From an uncultured Chromatiales bacterium (GTDB lineage: Bacteria > Pseudomonadota > Gammaproteobacteria > Poriferisulfidales > Poriferisulfidaceae), in contig CAZGIH010000017.1 of NCBI GenBank assembly GCA_964526195.1, positions 131,888-195,887 on the forward strand: a stretch of 64,000 nt of DNA, read 5' to 3'. Shown piece by piece: positions 19,369 through 27,609 of the stretch (position 1 is the stretch's first letter; every line of letters begins with the position of its first letter). The notes beneath the pieces are model-generated. The model searched no databases. It was not told where the DNA came from and saw only the letters and a program-made list of their open reading frames with translations. The translations under genes were made by a program, and so were the position numbers.

Positions 19369-20469
19369 CTATTCGAACAGGTTCGCCTGGTCGGACGGCA
19401 CACGAAACCGATCCGTCCGCAGCGAGCGGCGCTGCCCGTTCAATCCATGCTGTTTACAGGCCAGCGTGAAACGCTGACGAAGCAGACGAGCAAATTCTCC
19501 CTGCCCGCTCAAGCGGCGTCCGAATTCGGGATTGTAGTCAACCCCTCCATGGAGACTCCGAACTGTATTCATGATTCTTTCGGCCCGCTCCGGAACGTGT
19601 TGCTGAAGCCATTCCCGAAACAGTTGCTTCAATTCATGTGGTAGACGCAGGACTACGTACCCGGCACAGTAAGCGCCCTCTTCTGCCACGACCTTGACGA
19701 TGTCCTCCAGTTCGCCGTCGTTCAGGAATGGAATCATTGGAGCCGCCAAGACGCCAACCGGGATCCCCGCCTGCGACAACGCCCCCACCAGCGCAATCCG
19801 CGAATGAGGCGCCCCGGCGCGAGGTTCGAGAGTTCGGCTGAGTTTTGCATCCAGCGTCGTGACGGAGACAACCACTTCTGCGAGACCATCCTGGGCCATG
19901 TCCTGCAGGATGTCCATATCCCGCTCAAGCAGGGGGGACTTGGTAATAACCGAGACTGGATGGCGAAATTCCCGCAGAACTTCGAGGATGGATCGGGTGA
20001 TCTTGAGTTGACGTTCGACCGGCTGGTAGGCATCCGTGTTGTAGCCGAGACCAATCGTCCCACATCGATAGTGGGGAGCCCGAAGTTCACGTTCCAGGAT
20101 TTCCGCTGCATTCGTCTTACAGAAAATCTGGGTTTCGAAGTCCAAACCAGGCGACAGCCCTAAGTAAGCGTGATTGGGCCGCGCGAAGCAGTATGCACAG
20201 CCATGCTCACAGCCGCGGTAGGGATTGATAGAGCGGTCCAGCGCAATGTCAGGTGATTTGTTGTAATTGATCAGGCTTTTTGCCGGAGCGTCGAAGTAGC
20301 GTGTCGCAAGGGTTCCTTCCTCGTATTCGCGGCCATCATGCTGGAATTCGATTTGTTCCAGCTCATAGCGTCCCGGCGGGTTGCTGATCGCACCACGGCC
20401 TTTTCGGTAGGTCCACTGGACAGGGCTTTCGGTTGGATCCACGGTTAAGCCATTCCCTATTTCTGACAC
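19369..20469 (-). CDS. Radical SAM protein, PA0069 / spore-photoproduct-lyase-like DNA repair family
   Basis: CEHGCAYCF radical-SAM cysteine triad; 366 aa. Confidence 0.7.
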   Translation of the reverse strand: MSEIGNGLTVDPTESPVQWTYRKGRGAISNPPGRYELEQIEFQHDGREYEEGTLATRYFDAPAKSLINYNKSPDIALDRSINPYRGCEHGCAYCFARPNHAYLGLSPGLDFETQIFCKTNAAEILERELRAPHYRCGTIGLGYNTDAYQPVERQLKITRSILEVLREFRHPVSVITKSPLLERDMDILQDMAQDGLAEVVVSVTTLDAKLSRTLEPRAGAPHSRIALVGALSQAGIPVGVLAAPMIPFLNDGELEDIVKVVAEEGAYCAGYVVLRLPHELKQLFREWLQQHVPERAERIMNTVRSLHGGVDYNPEFGRRLSGQGEFARLLRQRFTLACKQHGLNGQRRSLRTDRFRVPSDQANLFE

Positions 20470-20674
20470 ATTTCAATCGTAATCAATCTCTATCCCGACA
20501 GGGATTAATATACGATCTTACCCAAGGAGAGATATGAGTATTTGTTCTGGTTTGCTTTTTTCTCTAACTCCATTGCCAGCAGCTATGTTTAGAATTTTCC
20601 TCTATATGGTTAGAACCCTTTCTCTCTCCCAGAAAAAACCATACATTCCTACGAAAACCACGTGGCGAATTATG

Positions 20675-21076
20675 TTAACCCCACCATTTGGCTAAATGTC
20701 CTATGCCCCAGACAAGAAGGCTTATGAACAAGACAATTGGGAGCATCCGAACCACAATGTAAAAGGTAAAGTCGAAAGGCTCCCATGCGTCCTCTAAAAT
20801 TTCTTTTAAAGGCTCCGGCAGTCGATCCCACCAAGCCTTTATTCTGCCTATGACGGAAGCAAGCGTCGGCAGTGGCTTCTTGAGCTTCGGGTATATAGCC
20901 CACAATAAAATCAGGGCACCAATACTGACACCGAGGTAATTCCACCAGTGCCACTCCGGTCCTATCATGCCAAGATTGCCCAGCGTGTTTTGCAGAGAGT
21001 TCACCACCTCTGGCCAACTTAAAGTAATCCATAAGGCTCCGAAGAGGATAGAGCCAAGCGTTGCTCGCGGGCGCAT
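20675..21076 (-). CDS. Small hypothetical membrane protein (low-GC island)
   Basis: 133 aa with TM helices and Trp-rich loops. Preferred over the overlapping 20670..21080 frame because of its hydrophobicity pattern. Confidence 0.45.
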   Translation of the reverse strand: MRPRATLGSILFGALWITLSWPEVVNSLQNTLGNLGMIGPEWHWWNYLGVSIGALILLWAIYPKLKKPLPTLASVIGRIKAWWDRLPEPLKEILEDAWEPFDFTFYIVVRMLPIVLFISLLVWGIGHLAKWWG

Positions 21077-21146
21077 ACAATTATTTTACTTCCCTACAAT
21101 AATTAAAGAAAAATTTTGGGAATTATGTAGCAAAATCTGCAAGGGC

Positions 21147-21175
21147 TTGACTTTTCCCAGAAAATAAGATATAAT
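21147..21175 (+). promoter_or_regulatory. Consensus sigma70 promoter for the transposase (TTGACT-17-TATAAT), followed by a 9-bp perfect palindrome at 21178-21204
   Basis: TTGACT 21147-21152 and TATAAT 21170-21175 with a 17-bp spacer. tctgcaaat-N9-atttgcaga lies between the -10 and the ATG and repeats the inner IR sequence (atctgcaa). Confidence 0.6.
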
Positions 21176-21213
21176 AATCTGCAAATAAGGAAATCATTTG
21201 CAGAGAATAAGAA

Positions 21214-22137
21214 ATGAGCAAGAGAAAAGCAGAAACCATCAGCGTCACCCAGTTGCTGAAAATGTTTTCAACCGAGCGCAAGGCCGTGGAATGGCTGGAA
21301 CAGGCTCGATGGGGTGGCACTCCGGTTTGCCCGCATTGCGGTGGCATCGAGAACATTAGCAAGCCGAAGAGCAAGCCGTTCACCTACTGGTGCAAGCCTT
21401 GCCGTAAGAACTTCACGGTCAAGACCGGCACCATCATGCACGCATCCAAGACTTCCACGCAGAACTGGGTGGTTGCCATCTATTCGGTGCTGACTGCCCG
21501 CAAGAGCGTGAGCAGTCTCCAGTTGAGCAAGGAACTGGGCGTACAGCAACGCACTGCTTGGTACATGCTTCACCGGATCCGCGAAGCTTGCCAGCAGGGA
21601 GACTTCAAACTGTTCGGTTCGGTTGAAGTGGATGAGACTTACATCGGCGGCCTGGAAGACAATAAGCATGAGAGCAAGAAACTTCATGTCGGCGGCGGCG
21701 GGGGCGGCAAGCAGGCCGTCTTGGGTATGCGTGAACGCGGTGGCAAGGTGAAGGCCATGCCGATTGCCGACACCACCAAGTCCACCTTGCAGGGCAAGGT
21801 GCATGAGAATGTCCGACCGGGTTCCACGATATACACGGACGAGAATTCGTCTTACACGGGTATCGCGCACCGGCATTACACCGTCAATCATTCAGCGAAG
21901 GAATACGTGAACGACATGGCGCACACCAATGGCGTGGAATCAGTTTGGGCAGTCCTCAAGCGCGGCGTGAATGGAACCTTCCACCATGTCAGCAAGAAGC
22001 ACCTGCATCGTTACCTGAACGAGTTCACCTTCCGTCTCAATGAGGGGAATTGCGAGATTGATACAATCGACCGCATGGATTCCCTGGTCAAGGGAATGGG
22101 CGGTAGGCGCATTCCCTACAAGGAACTGACAGCGTAA
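21214..22137 (+). CDS. IS1595-family transposase (N-terminal zinc ribbon + DDE domain)
   Basis: 307 aa: CPHCGG...CKPCRK zinc ribbon followed by a DDE-type core. Confidence 0.85.
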   Translation: MSKRKAETISVTQLLKMFSTERKAVEWLEQARWGGTPVCPHCGGIENISKPKSKPFTYWCKPCRKNFTVKTGTIMHASKTSTQNWVVAIYSVLTARKSVSSLQLSKELGVQQRTAWYMLHRIREACQQGDFKLFGSVEVDETYIGGLEDNKHESKKLHVGGGGGGKQAVLGMRERGGKVKAMPIADTTKSTLQGKVHENVRPGSTIYTDENSSYTGIAHRHYTVNHSAKEYVNDMAHTNGVESVWAVLKRGVNGTFHHVSKKHLHRYLNEFTFRLNEGNCEIDTIDRMDSLVKGMGGRRIPYKELTA

Positions 22138-22176
22138 GGGTGAATCATGCAAATTGTATAACTATGGGGATTGCCT

Positions 22177-22497
22177 ATGAAAACACTAATAACTACAACA
22201 ATTTCAGTCATGGCCTTGGCCACTCTCTTAATTTCTGGGCATGCCATGTCATATGATGAATTTGAGGGGAATATTCTTCATGAACGTTGCAAGAAAGGAG
22301 ACACGATAGGTCACAGGCGGATGGATATTTTGTTAGGGAAAGAAGATGAAATGTATCAGGCGCTAAAAATGGAGAGTGACCCGAAACAGATAAAAGCCTA
22401 TCTGGAAGCGATCATTGCACTTGACAAAAAAGGTATAGTTCTCGCTGAGGGGACGGATCGGTTTTGTGCATTAACTAATCCCCCGGCGAATAAGTGA
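22177..22497 (+). CDS. Small secreted hypothetical protein (IS passenger)
   Basis: Signal peptide MKTLITTTISVMALATLLISGHA. AT-rich. Confidence 0.4.
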   Translation: MKTLITTTISVMALATLLISGHAMSYDEFEGNILHERCKKGDTIGHRRMDILLGKEDEMYQALKMESDPKQIKAYLEAIIALDKKGIVLAEGTDRFCALTNPPANK

Positions 22498-22604
22498 AAG
22501 ACCGGTCACAATGACTGGCCTTTCTTTAGGGAATTATACGGAAGAATCCGAAAAACCCACCTGTTTCTAGGGATTTATGTAGGTAACTTGACAGGAGAAG
22601 CTTC

Positions 22605-23015
22605 ATGAACAACAAAGCTCAACGCATACTCGAAAATGTTCGACAAATCTTTGCGGTAACGTTGGGGTGGATTGCTTGGCTCCTTATTTTGGTTTGGATA
22701 GGAGCGATAACCATAACTGCCGAACAACACGGCATTTCTTTATTCGGGCCACTCCTTTTAACTACAGTTATTTTGGGCGGGATTTTGGGTGGAATATTAT
22801 TTGTCGGTCTGGCATATTATGCTTTCCCAAAAACAAAAAGAAAATTTCCATTCATTACTGCTTCTATCTGGGCCACGCTCGCTATGATTGTAGGCATAAA
22901 TAATATGGTGATTGATAATAGTAGCGGGCCTGATTACTTTACCTATGGGGCAAGCACGATAATTACATTATTAATTTTTTATGTCTTAAATAGATACCAC
23001 ACCGCCCGGTCCTAA
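22605..23015 (+). CDS. Hypothetical 4-TM membrane protein (IS passenger)
   Basis: 136 aa hydrophobic protein with GGILGGILF repeats. AT-rich. Confidence 0.4.
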   Translation: MNNKAQRILENVRQIFAVTLGWIAWLLILVWIGAITITAEQHGISLFGPLLLTTVILGGILGGILFVGLAYYAFPKTKRKFPFITASIWATLAMIVGINNMVIDNSSGPDYFTYGASTIITLLIFYVLNRYHTARS

Positions 23016-23151
23016 ATCGAACGTCTTTATCTGTCAGCCACGCCTGTCAAATTATCTATATAGTTCCCGGCCTTTCTCTATTGACAAAGGTACAAGATGG
23101 TGTTTAGCATATTGCAATAGGCTGTGCCAGCATAAACAGGTCTAGGGTGAT

Positions 23152-23388
23152 ATGCCAAGAGACATGGAATTAATTAGGATGATTCTGATCTATGTTCGGA
23201 ATCATGCAAAATCTGGTTCACTTGTTTTCCCTTCATTCGCTGGTTATGAAAAGGGGATGGTTGATTATCACGTCATGCTGTGCGAACAAGCCGGGTATCT
23301 CCAGTTGAATGAGGAAACGCTGGACGAAGAACGTCTAATCCTGAACTTGACTTGGGCTGGACACGAATTTCTATCGAAGGGGAAATAA
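23152..23388 (+). CDS. DUF2513 family protein (IS passenger)
   Basis: The N-terminus MPRDMELIRMILIYV matches the DUF2513 consensus (MKRDMDLIRKILL). Confidence 0.5.
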   Translation: MPRDMELIRMILIYVRNHAKSGSLVFPSFAGYEKGMVDYHVMLCEQAGYLQLNEETLDEERLILNLTWAGHEFLSKGK

Positions 23389-23776
23389 TCCCCCTCTTCA
23401 ATGTAATTCCCCTTCCATGGTCAAGAAACTAGACCCCGCCAACCATGAGCCGGTTTCACTGAAAGACTTTCAGGATGCGCTGAAGAGCATCCTGCTGAAA
23501 CCGATAGAGAAAAAGACCCGTTGGGAGAACCGGGAGCCGACCATGAAGGAGTTGTCTGTGAGATTCAAGTTGAAGCGGCGGAAATGACTTTTGCAGATTT
23601 TGCTACATAATTCCCAAAATTTTTAAATTCCATCAAGAAATAATATAGAAGAAAGTGCATGAAATCTACGCTTTTATCTAGTTAAAAGTGTATCATTAAT
23701 ACAGTAATATCTAGGATAAATTGCCGTAAATAAAAATTTATGATAAAATATTTTTGGTAATTCAACATTTTCATTC

Positions 23777-25084
23777 ATGGAAAGACTCGCATACAAAGAG
23801 CTTGTTAAATGGAAAAATCAAGCTCAGCGCAAGCCCGTTTTGATTGACGGGGCGCGCCAAACTGGAAAAACTTATCTTGTCGAAGATCTTTTTGGTGCTC
23901 AAGAATTTCGTCGCGTCCATAAACTTGATTTTCGTGCCAATCCAGAACTAGCCCGCATTTTCGAAGATGGCCTCTCCCCTGCCCAAATTATTGCTAATGC
24001 GGAAATAATGTTAGGCGAACGTATCGCTCCAGAACATGATTTACTGTTCTTCGACGAAGTTGGAGACTGCCAACAGGCAGTAGACTCACTTAAATATTTT
24101 GCTGAGGATATGCCGACCGGCTATATCTGTGCTACTGGATCAAATATCGGGTTGTTAGATTCTTTTCCTGTCGGAAAGGTTGAAAGTCTCGAGTTGTTTC
24201 CGTTATGTTTCGAGGAATTTTTACGAGAATTGGCATCCGAACCAGTACTAGACGCATTCATCCAGAACCGTAGAGGAGCCGCAATTCACCAAAAACTTTG
24301 GCAATACCTATGCGATTATTACTTTGTTGGGGGTATGCCAGAGGCAGTGAGTGCTTGGTCTCATGAAGTTCTCAGCATCCATGATCGAATTGGAATGGTC
24401 GAGGCAACCCACAAAAATATCGTTAGAGGATTTTGCCGTGATTTCGGGAAATATTCCGGTGGCGTACAGGCAATGCACATCGAAGCTGTGTTCCGAAACA
24501 TCCCAATGCAATTGTCTAAAACTATGGATGAATCCGTCAAACGCTATCGCTTTGGTGATGTGATTTCTCGGAAAAAACGTTATCAGGACCTGCGTGGGCC
24601 TATAGACTGGCTCGAAAAAACGCGCCTAGCGTGGAAATCACATCCCATTAGGTCAAGCCCAACGATTCCTCTAGCTCCTTTATGCAAAGAGAATGACTTC
24701 AAACTTTATTTATTCGATGTTGGAATTCTCGGCCATCTCCTAGGACTCAGATATGCCGACCACAAAGGTCAGATGATAGATTACAAGGGATTCATCGCCG
24801 AGAACTTTTTTTTGGTTGAATATCGCTCGCGCATCGGGTATCCGGTCTACAGTTGGGCGCAGAGAGACGCTGAAATCGAATTTCTGCACCGGGATAAGAA
24901 AGGTGTCATTATTCCCGTGGAAGTAAAGAGCGGTAAGCGCACACGGGCGCGAAGCCTTGGATCATATATCGGACGATACCAACCACAGCATGCGGTCAAA
25001 TTCGCCAATATTCAAAGATCGACACAAAGTGGGATTATTTCTACCTGGCCTTTGTACGATGTGCAGTTTTTGCGAAATCTTTAG
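23777..25084 (+). CDS. AAA+ ATPase, COG1373 (AAA_14 + DUF4143)
   Basis: Walker A GARQTGKT and Walker B LLFFDEV; 435 aa. Low-GC gene with an AT-rich upstream region. Confidence 0.75.
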   Translation: MERLAYKELVKWKNQAQRKPVLIDGARQTGKTYLVEDLFGAQEFRRVHKLDFRANPELARIFEDGLSPAQIIANAEIMLGERIAPEHDLLFFDEVGDCQQAVDSLKYFAEDMPTGYICATGSNIGLLDSFPVGKVESLELFPLCFEEFLRELASEPVLDAFIQNRRGAAIHQKLWQYLCDYYFVGGMPEAVSAWSHEVLSIHDRIGMVEATHKNIVRGFCRDFGKYSGGVQAMHIEAVFRNIPMQLSKTMDESVKRYRFGDVISRKKRYQDLRGPIDWLEKTRLAWKSHPIRSSPTIPLAPLCKENDFKLYLFDVGILGHLLGLRYADHKGQMIDYKGFIAENFFLVEYRSRIGYPVYSWAQRDAEIEFLHRDKKGVIIPVEVKSGKRTRARSLGSYIGRYQPQHAVKFANIQRSTQSGIISTWPLYDVQFLRNL

Positions 25085-25099
25085 AACGCGCCCTACAGA

Positions 25100-25570
25100 T
25101 CAGATAAATCCCAGCGTCCACTCGGCCACACCGAGCACAAGCAACGTCAGGATTCCCGCGAATAGGTCGTCCAGCATGATGCCGACCCCTCCACTGAACC
25201 GACGGTCTGCCCAACCTATGGGCCCCGGCTTGACAATGTCGAATATGCGGAAAAGCACGAACCCTGCAACCGCCCAAGCCAAGCTACGCGGTGCCGCCGC
25301 CATGGCGACTAGATAACCGGTCATCTCATCCCACACGACTTCTTTGGGATCAGGGTCTCCGAAAGTCTCCACCGCCTGCTCGCACAACCAGACCCCGATT
25401 ACCAGCATGATTCCCAGTACCAGCACGTAGAGAGACCAAGGATGTGCAGACAATCCGAAGTAGAGCACCGCCCCCAAGAGGGTTCCGACGGTGCCCGGAA
25501 TTTTCGGGCAATAGCCCACCCCGAAGCCAGTTGCCAGAAAAACGGTCAAGCCCTGCCAAGTGATACGCAT
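25100..25570 (-). CDS. pgpA: Phosphatidylglycerophosphatase A
   Basis: 156 aa membrane protein with the PGTVGTL and MLDDLFAG motifs. Confidence 0.85.
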   Translation of the reverse strand: MRITWQGLTVFLATGFGVGYCPKIPGTVGTLLGAVLYFGLSAHPWSLYVLVLGIMLVIGVWLCEQAVETFGDPDPKEVVWDEMTGYLVAMAAAPRSLAWAVAGFVLFRIFDIVKPGPIGWADRRFSGGVGIMLDDLFAGILTLLVLGVAEWTLGFI

Positions 25571-25576
25571 GCTTCG

Positions 25577-26524
25577 TCAGGCACCGCCGAAATGGTCGTA
25601 GCCGAGCTGCGATGGTAGTGGAACCGATTCACCCTTCTCGGTCAATCTCAATCCGTCATCGCCATCCACTATCCCGATACTGCTAATTGGCACACCGAGC
25701 CGGTGCCCGATTTCCTGGATGTTTTCCCACTCGGACTCCAGTGCCGTAAATACCAATTCGTAATCTTCGCCTCCCCCCAGAATCGAGAACCAGTCCCCGC
25801 TCTTTGCCCGTTCCTCGGTGACCGGCTTGGATAGCGGAATCCCCGTCAATTCCACCGAAGCACCCTTTTCGCTCACCTTGAGCAATCTCCCCAAGTCTTT
25901 CAAGACACCGTCCGAGATGTCTATCGCCGCATGCGCATGCCCACGGATGGTGCAACCGAATTCCACCCTCGGCTGCGGGCGATACAGTCGCTCGCGGCAA
26001 CTCTCCAGCCCAGACCGGTCTGGATATAGACGGGCCAAGGCAGCATCTCCGACGGTTCCGGTCACTCCGATCTTGTCTCCGACCATCGCTGCATCGCGCC
26101 GTAGGGCCGGCGCATCTCCTTCCAGCGTCCCGATGACCGTGATGCAAACCCCAAGTTCTCCTCGCGACAGATCGCCTCCGGCCAACGCAACCCCATATTC
26201 CCGCGCAAGGCCTTTGATTCCTTCACTGAAGCCGGCGATCCAGTCTTCGTCGATGCGCGGCATGACGAGACCGAGCGTGAAGCACACCGGAGTGGCACCC
26301 ATCGCTGCTAGATCGCTGAGATTGACTGCTAGCGCCTTATGTCCGAGATCGGCGGGATCATCTCCCGGGTCGAAATGCGCTCCCTGCAGGAACAAGTCAG
26401 TACTGATCGCGCAAGCTTCCGGTGGCAACGTCAACAACGCCGCATCATCTCCAGGCCCTTGGATCAAACCCGGAGAATCCGCATCAAAGCTGAAATACCG
26501 CTGGATCAGCGTATCTTCGTCCAT
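25577..26524 (-). CDS. thiL: Thiamine-monophosphate kinase
   Basis: AIR-synthase-related fold, GDDAALL motif, 315 aa. Confidence 0.85.
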   Translation of the reverse strand: MDEDTLIQRYFSFDADSPGLIQGPGDDAALLTLPPEACAISTDLFLQGAHFDPGDDPADLGHKALAVNLSDLAAMGATPVCFTLGLVMPRIDEDWIAGFSEGIKGLAREYGVALAGGDLSRGELGVCITVIGTLEGDAPALRRDAAMVGDKIGVTGTVGDAALARLYPDRSGLESCRERLYRPQPRVEFGCTIRGHAHAAIDISDGVLKDLGRLLKVSEKGASVELTGIPLSKPVTEERAKSGDWFSILGGGEDYELVFTALESEWENIQEIGHRLGVPISSIGIVDGDDGLRLTEKGESVPLPSQLGYDHFGGA

Positions 26525-26579
26525 GCCAAAATCCCATCTGGCGTAGCGGAGAGCCGATTAGGCCGAACCGGACCTGAAT

Positions 26580-27041
26580 TCAGGCGGCACAGGCTTTGCG
26601 CAGGTCGACCGCCACCCGATCCAGTACCGCATTGACATACTTGCTCCCCTTGTCCGTTCCGAACTTCCCGGCCAGCCGGGTCGCCTCGGACAGGATTACG
26701 GCAGTCGGTACTTCCCGGCAGTGTGCCAGTTCGTAGCAAGCGAAACGAAGGACTGTCCGTTCCACTGGGTCAAGGCGCTTGATTGGCCGGTCTAGAATCG
26801 GAGTCAACTGCTTGCACAGGTCCGCTTCATGCGCCACGACCCCTCGCACCAACTGCTCGAAATACTGGGTGTTGGCCCTCAGGATGTCATCCTTCCGGGA
26901 GAACTGGTCAAGCAACCCGGAGATCTCTTCTCCCGACATGTCCCACTGGTAGAGGGCCTGCAGCGCCAAACGGCGGGCCCAATGTCGGCCGCGATATTCG
27001 GCCCGGTCAGTTTCCGACGATGAGGGAGACTCAGTCATCAT
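26580..27041 (-). CDS. nusB: Transcription antitermination factor NusB
   Basis: ARRLALQALYQWDMSG motif. The start is placed at MM (27041/27038), overlapping the ribH stop. Confidence 0.85.
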   Translation of the reverse strand: MMTESPSSSETDRAEYRGRHWARRLALQALYQWDMSGEEISGLLDQFSRKDDILRANTQYFEQLVRGVVAHEADLCKQLTPILDRPIKRLDPVERTVLRFACYELAHCREVPTAVILSEATRLAGKFGTDKGSKYVNAVLDRVAVDLRKACAA

Positions 27042-27609
27042 CGTCGTCATCGTCGTCGATATCCTCCATGATCTCGGCAAACACTTCAATCATTTCCAGT
27101 GCCGCCACCGCCGCCTCGGCTCCCTTGTTGCTGACTTTCCGCCCGCCTTCCATCCTGGGCGACGGATCCTGCCAATCGTCGAACAGGGCCGAGCGCTGAT
27201 CGGCCTGTTCCCGGGTGTCGGTCGTCAGCACGCCGAACAGGATCGGCACGTCTTCCTGTCGAGCAAGGTGCGCGAGGTTCCGCGCGCATTCGGAGGCCAC
27301 GTAGTCGAAGTGAGGGGTCTCCCCCCGGATAACACAGCCCAGCGCAATGATGGCGTCATACAGTCCCGTATCCGCGCACAGCCGTGCCGTGCCTGGCAAT
27401 TCGAACGAACCAGAGACTCGAATCAGGTCGACATTCTTGATGTCAGCCCCACGCGCCACCAGCGTGGCAGCCGCACCTTCGATCAGCCGGTTGACGGTCG
27501 GCTCGTTGAAGCGAGAAGCAACCAGCGCGAAATCCATCCCCGGGTCGGCCAGCGCCCGCTTCTCGTCCGGGTCGCGAATCTGATCGTAATGCGGCAAGGA
27601 ATCTGTCAT
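27031..27609 (-). CDS. ribH: 6,7-dimethyl-8-ribityllumazine synthase with C-terminal poly-Asp extension
   Basis: Lumazine synthase core (VASRFNEPTVNRL...GCVIRGETPHFDYV...NKGAEAA). The C-terminus ends EDIDDDDDDDD. ATGA overlap with ribBA. Confidence 0.85.
   Translation of the reverse strand: MTDSLPHYDQIRDPDEKRALADPGMDFALVASRFNEPTVNRLIEGAAATLVARGADIKNVDLIRVSGSFELPGTARLCADTGLYDAIIALGCVIRGETPHFDYVASECARNLAHLARQEDVPILFGVLTTDTREQADQRSALFDDWQDPSPRMEGGRKVSNKGAEAAVAALEMIEVFAEIMEDIDDDDDDDD

Larger units (their letters stand above)
21109..23624 (+). mobile_element. IS1595-family element with perfect 34-bp terminal inverted repeats and passenger genes
   Basis: 21109-21142 aaaaattttgggaattatgtagcaaaatctgcaa equals the reverse complement of 23591-23624. 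The element holds the transposase and four downstream ORFs. No clean target-site duplication was found. Confidence 0.75.

Noticed and set aside
20670-21080. 136-aa ORF overlapping the 133-aa membrane ORF in another frame
   Set aside because: The alternative frame (20675..21076) encodes a plausible TM protein, while this frame is compositionally odd.
21101-23632. Target-site duplication flanking the IS
   Set aside because: The 8 bp on either side (aattaaag / aaattcca) and other lengths do not match, so no TSD is claimed.
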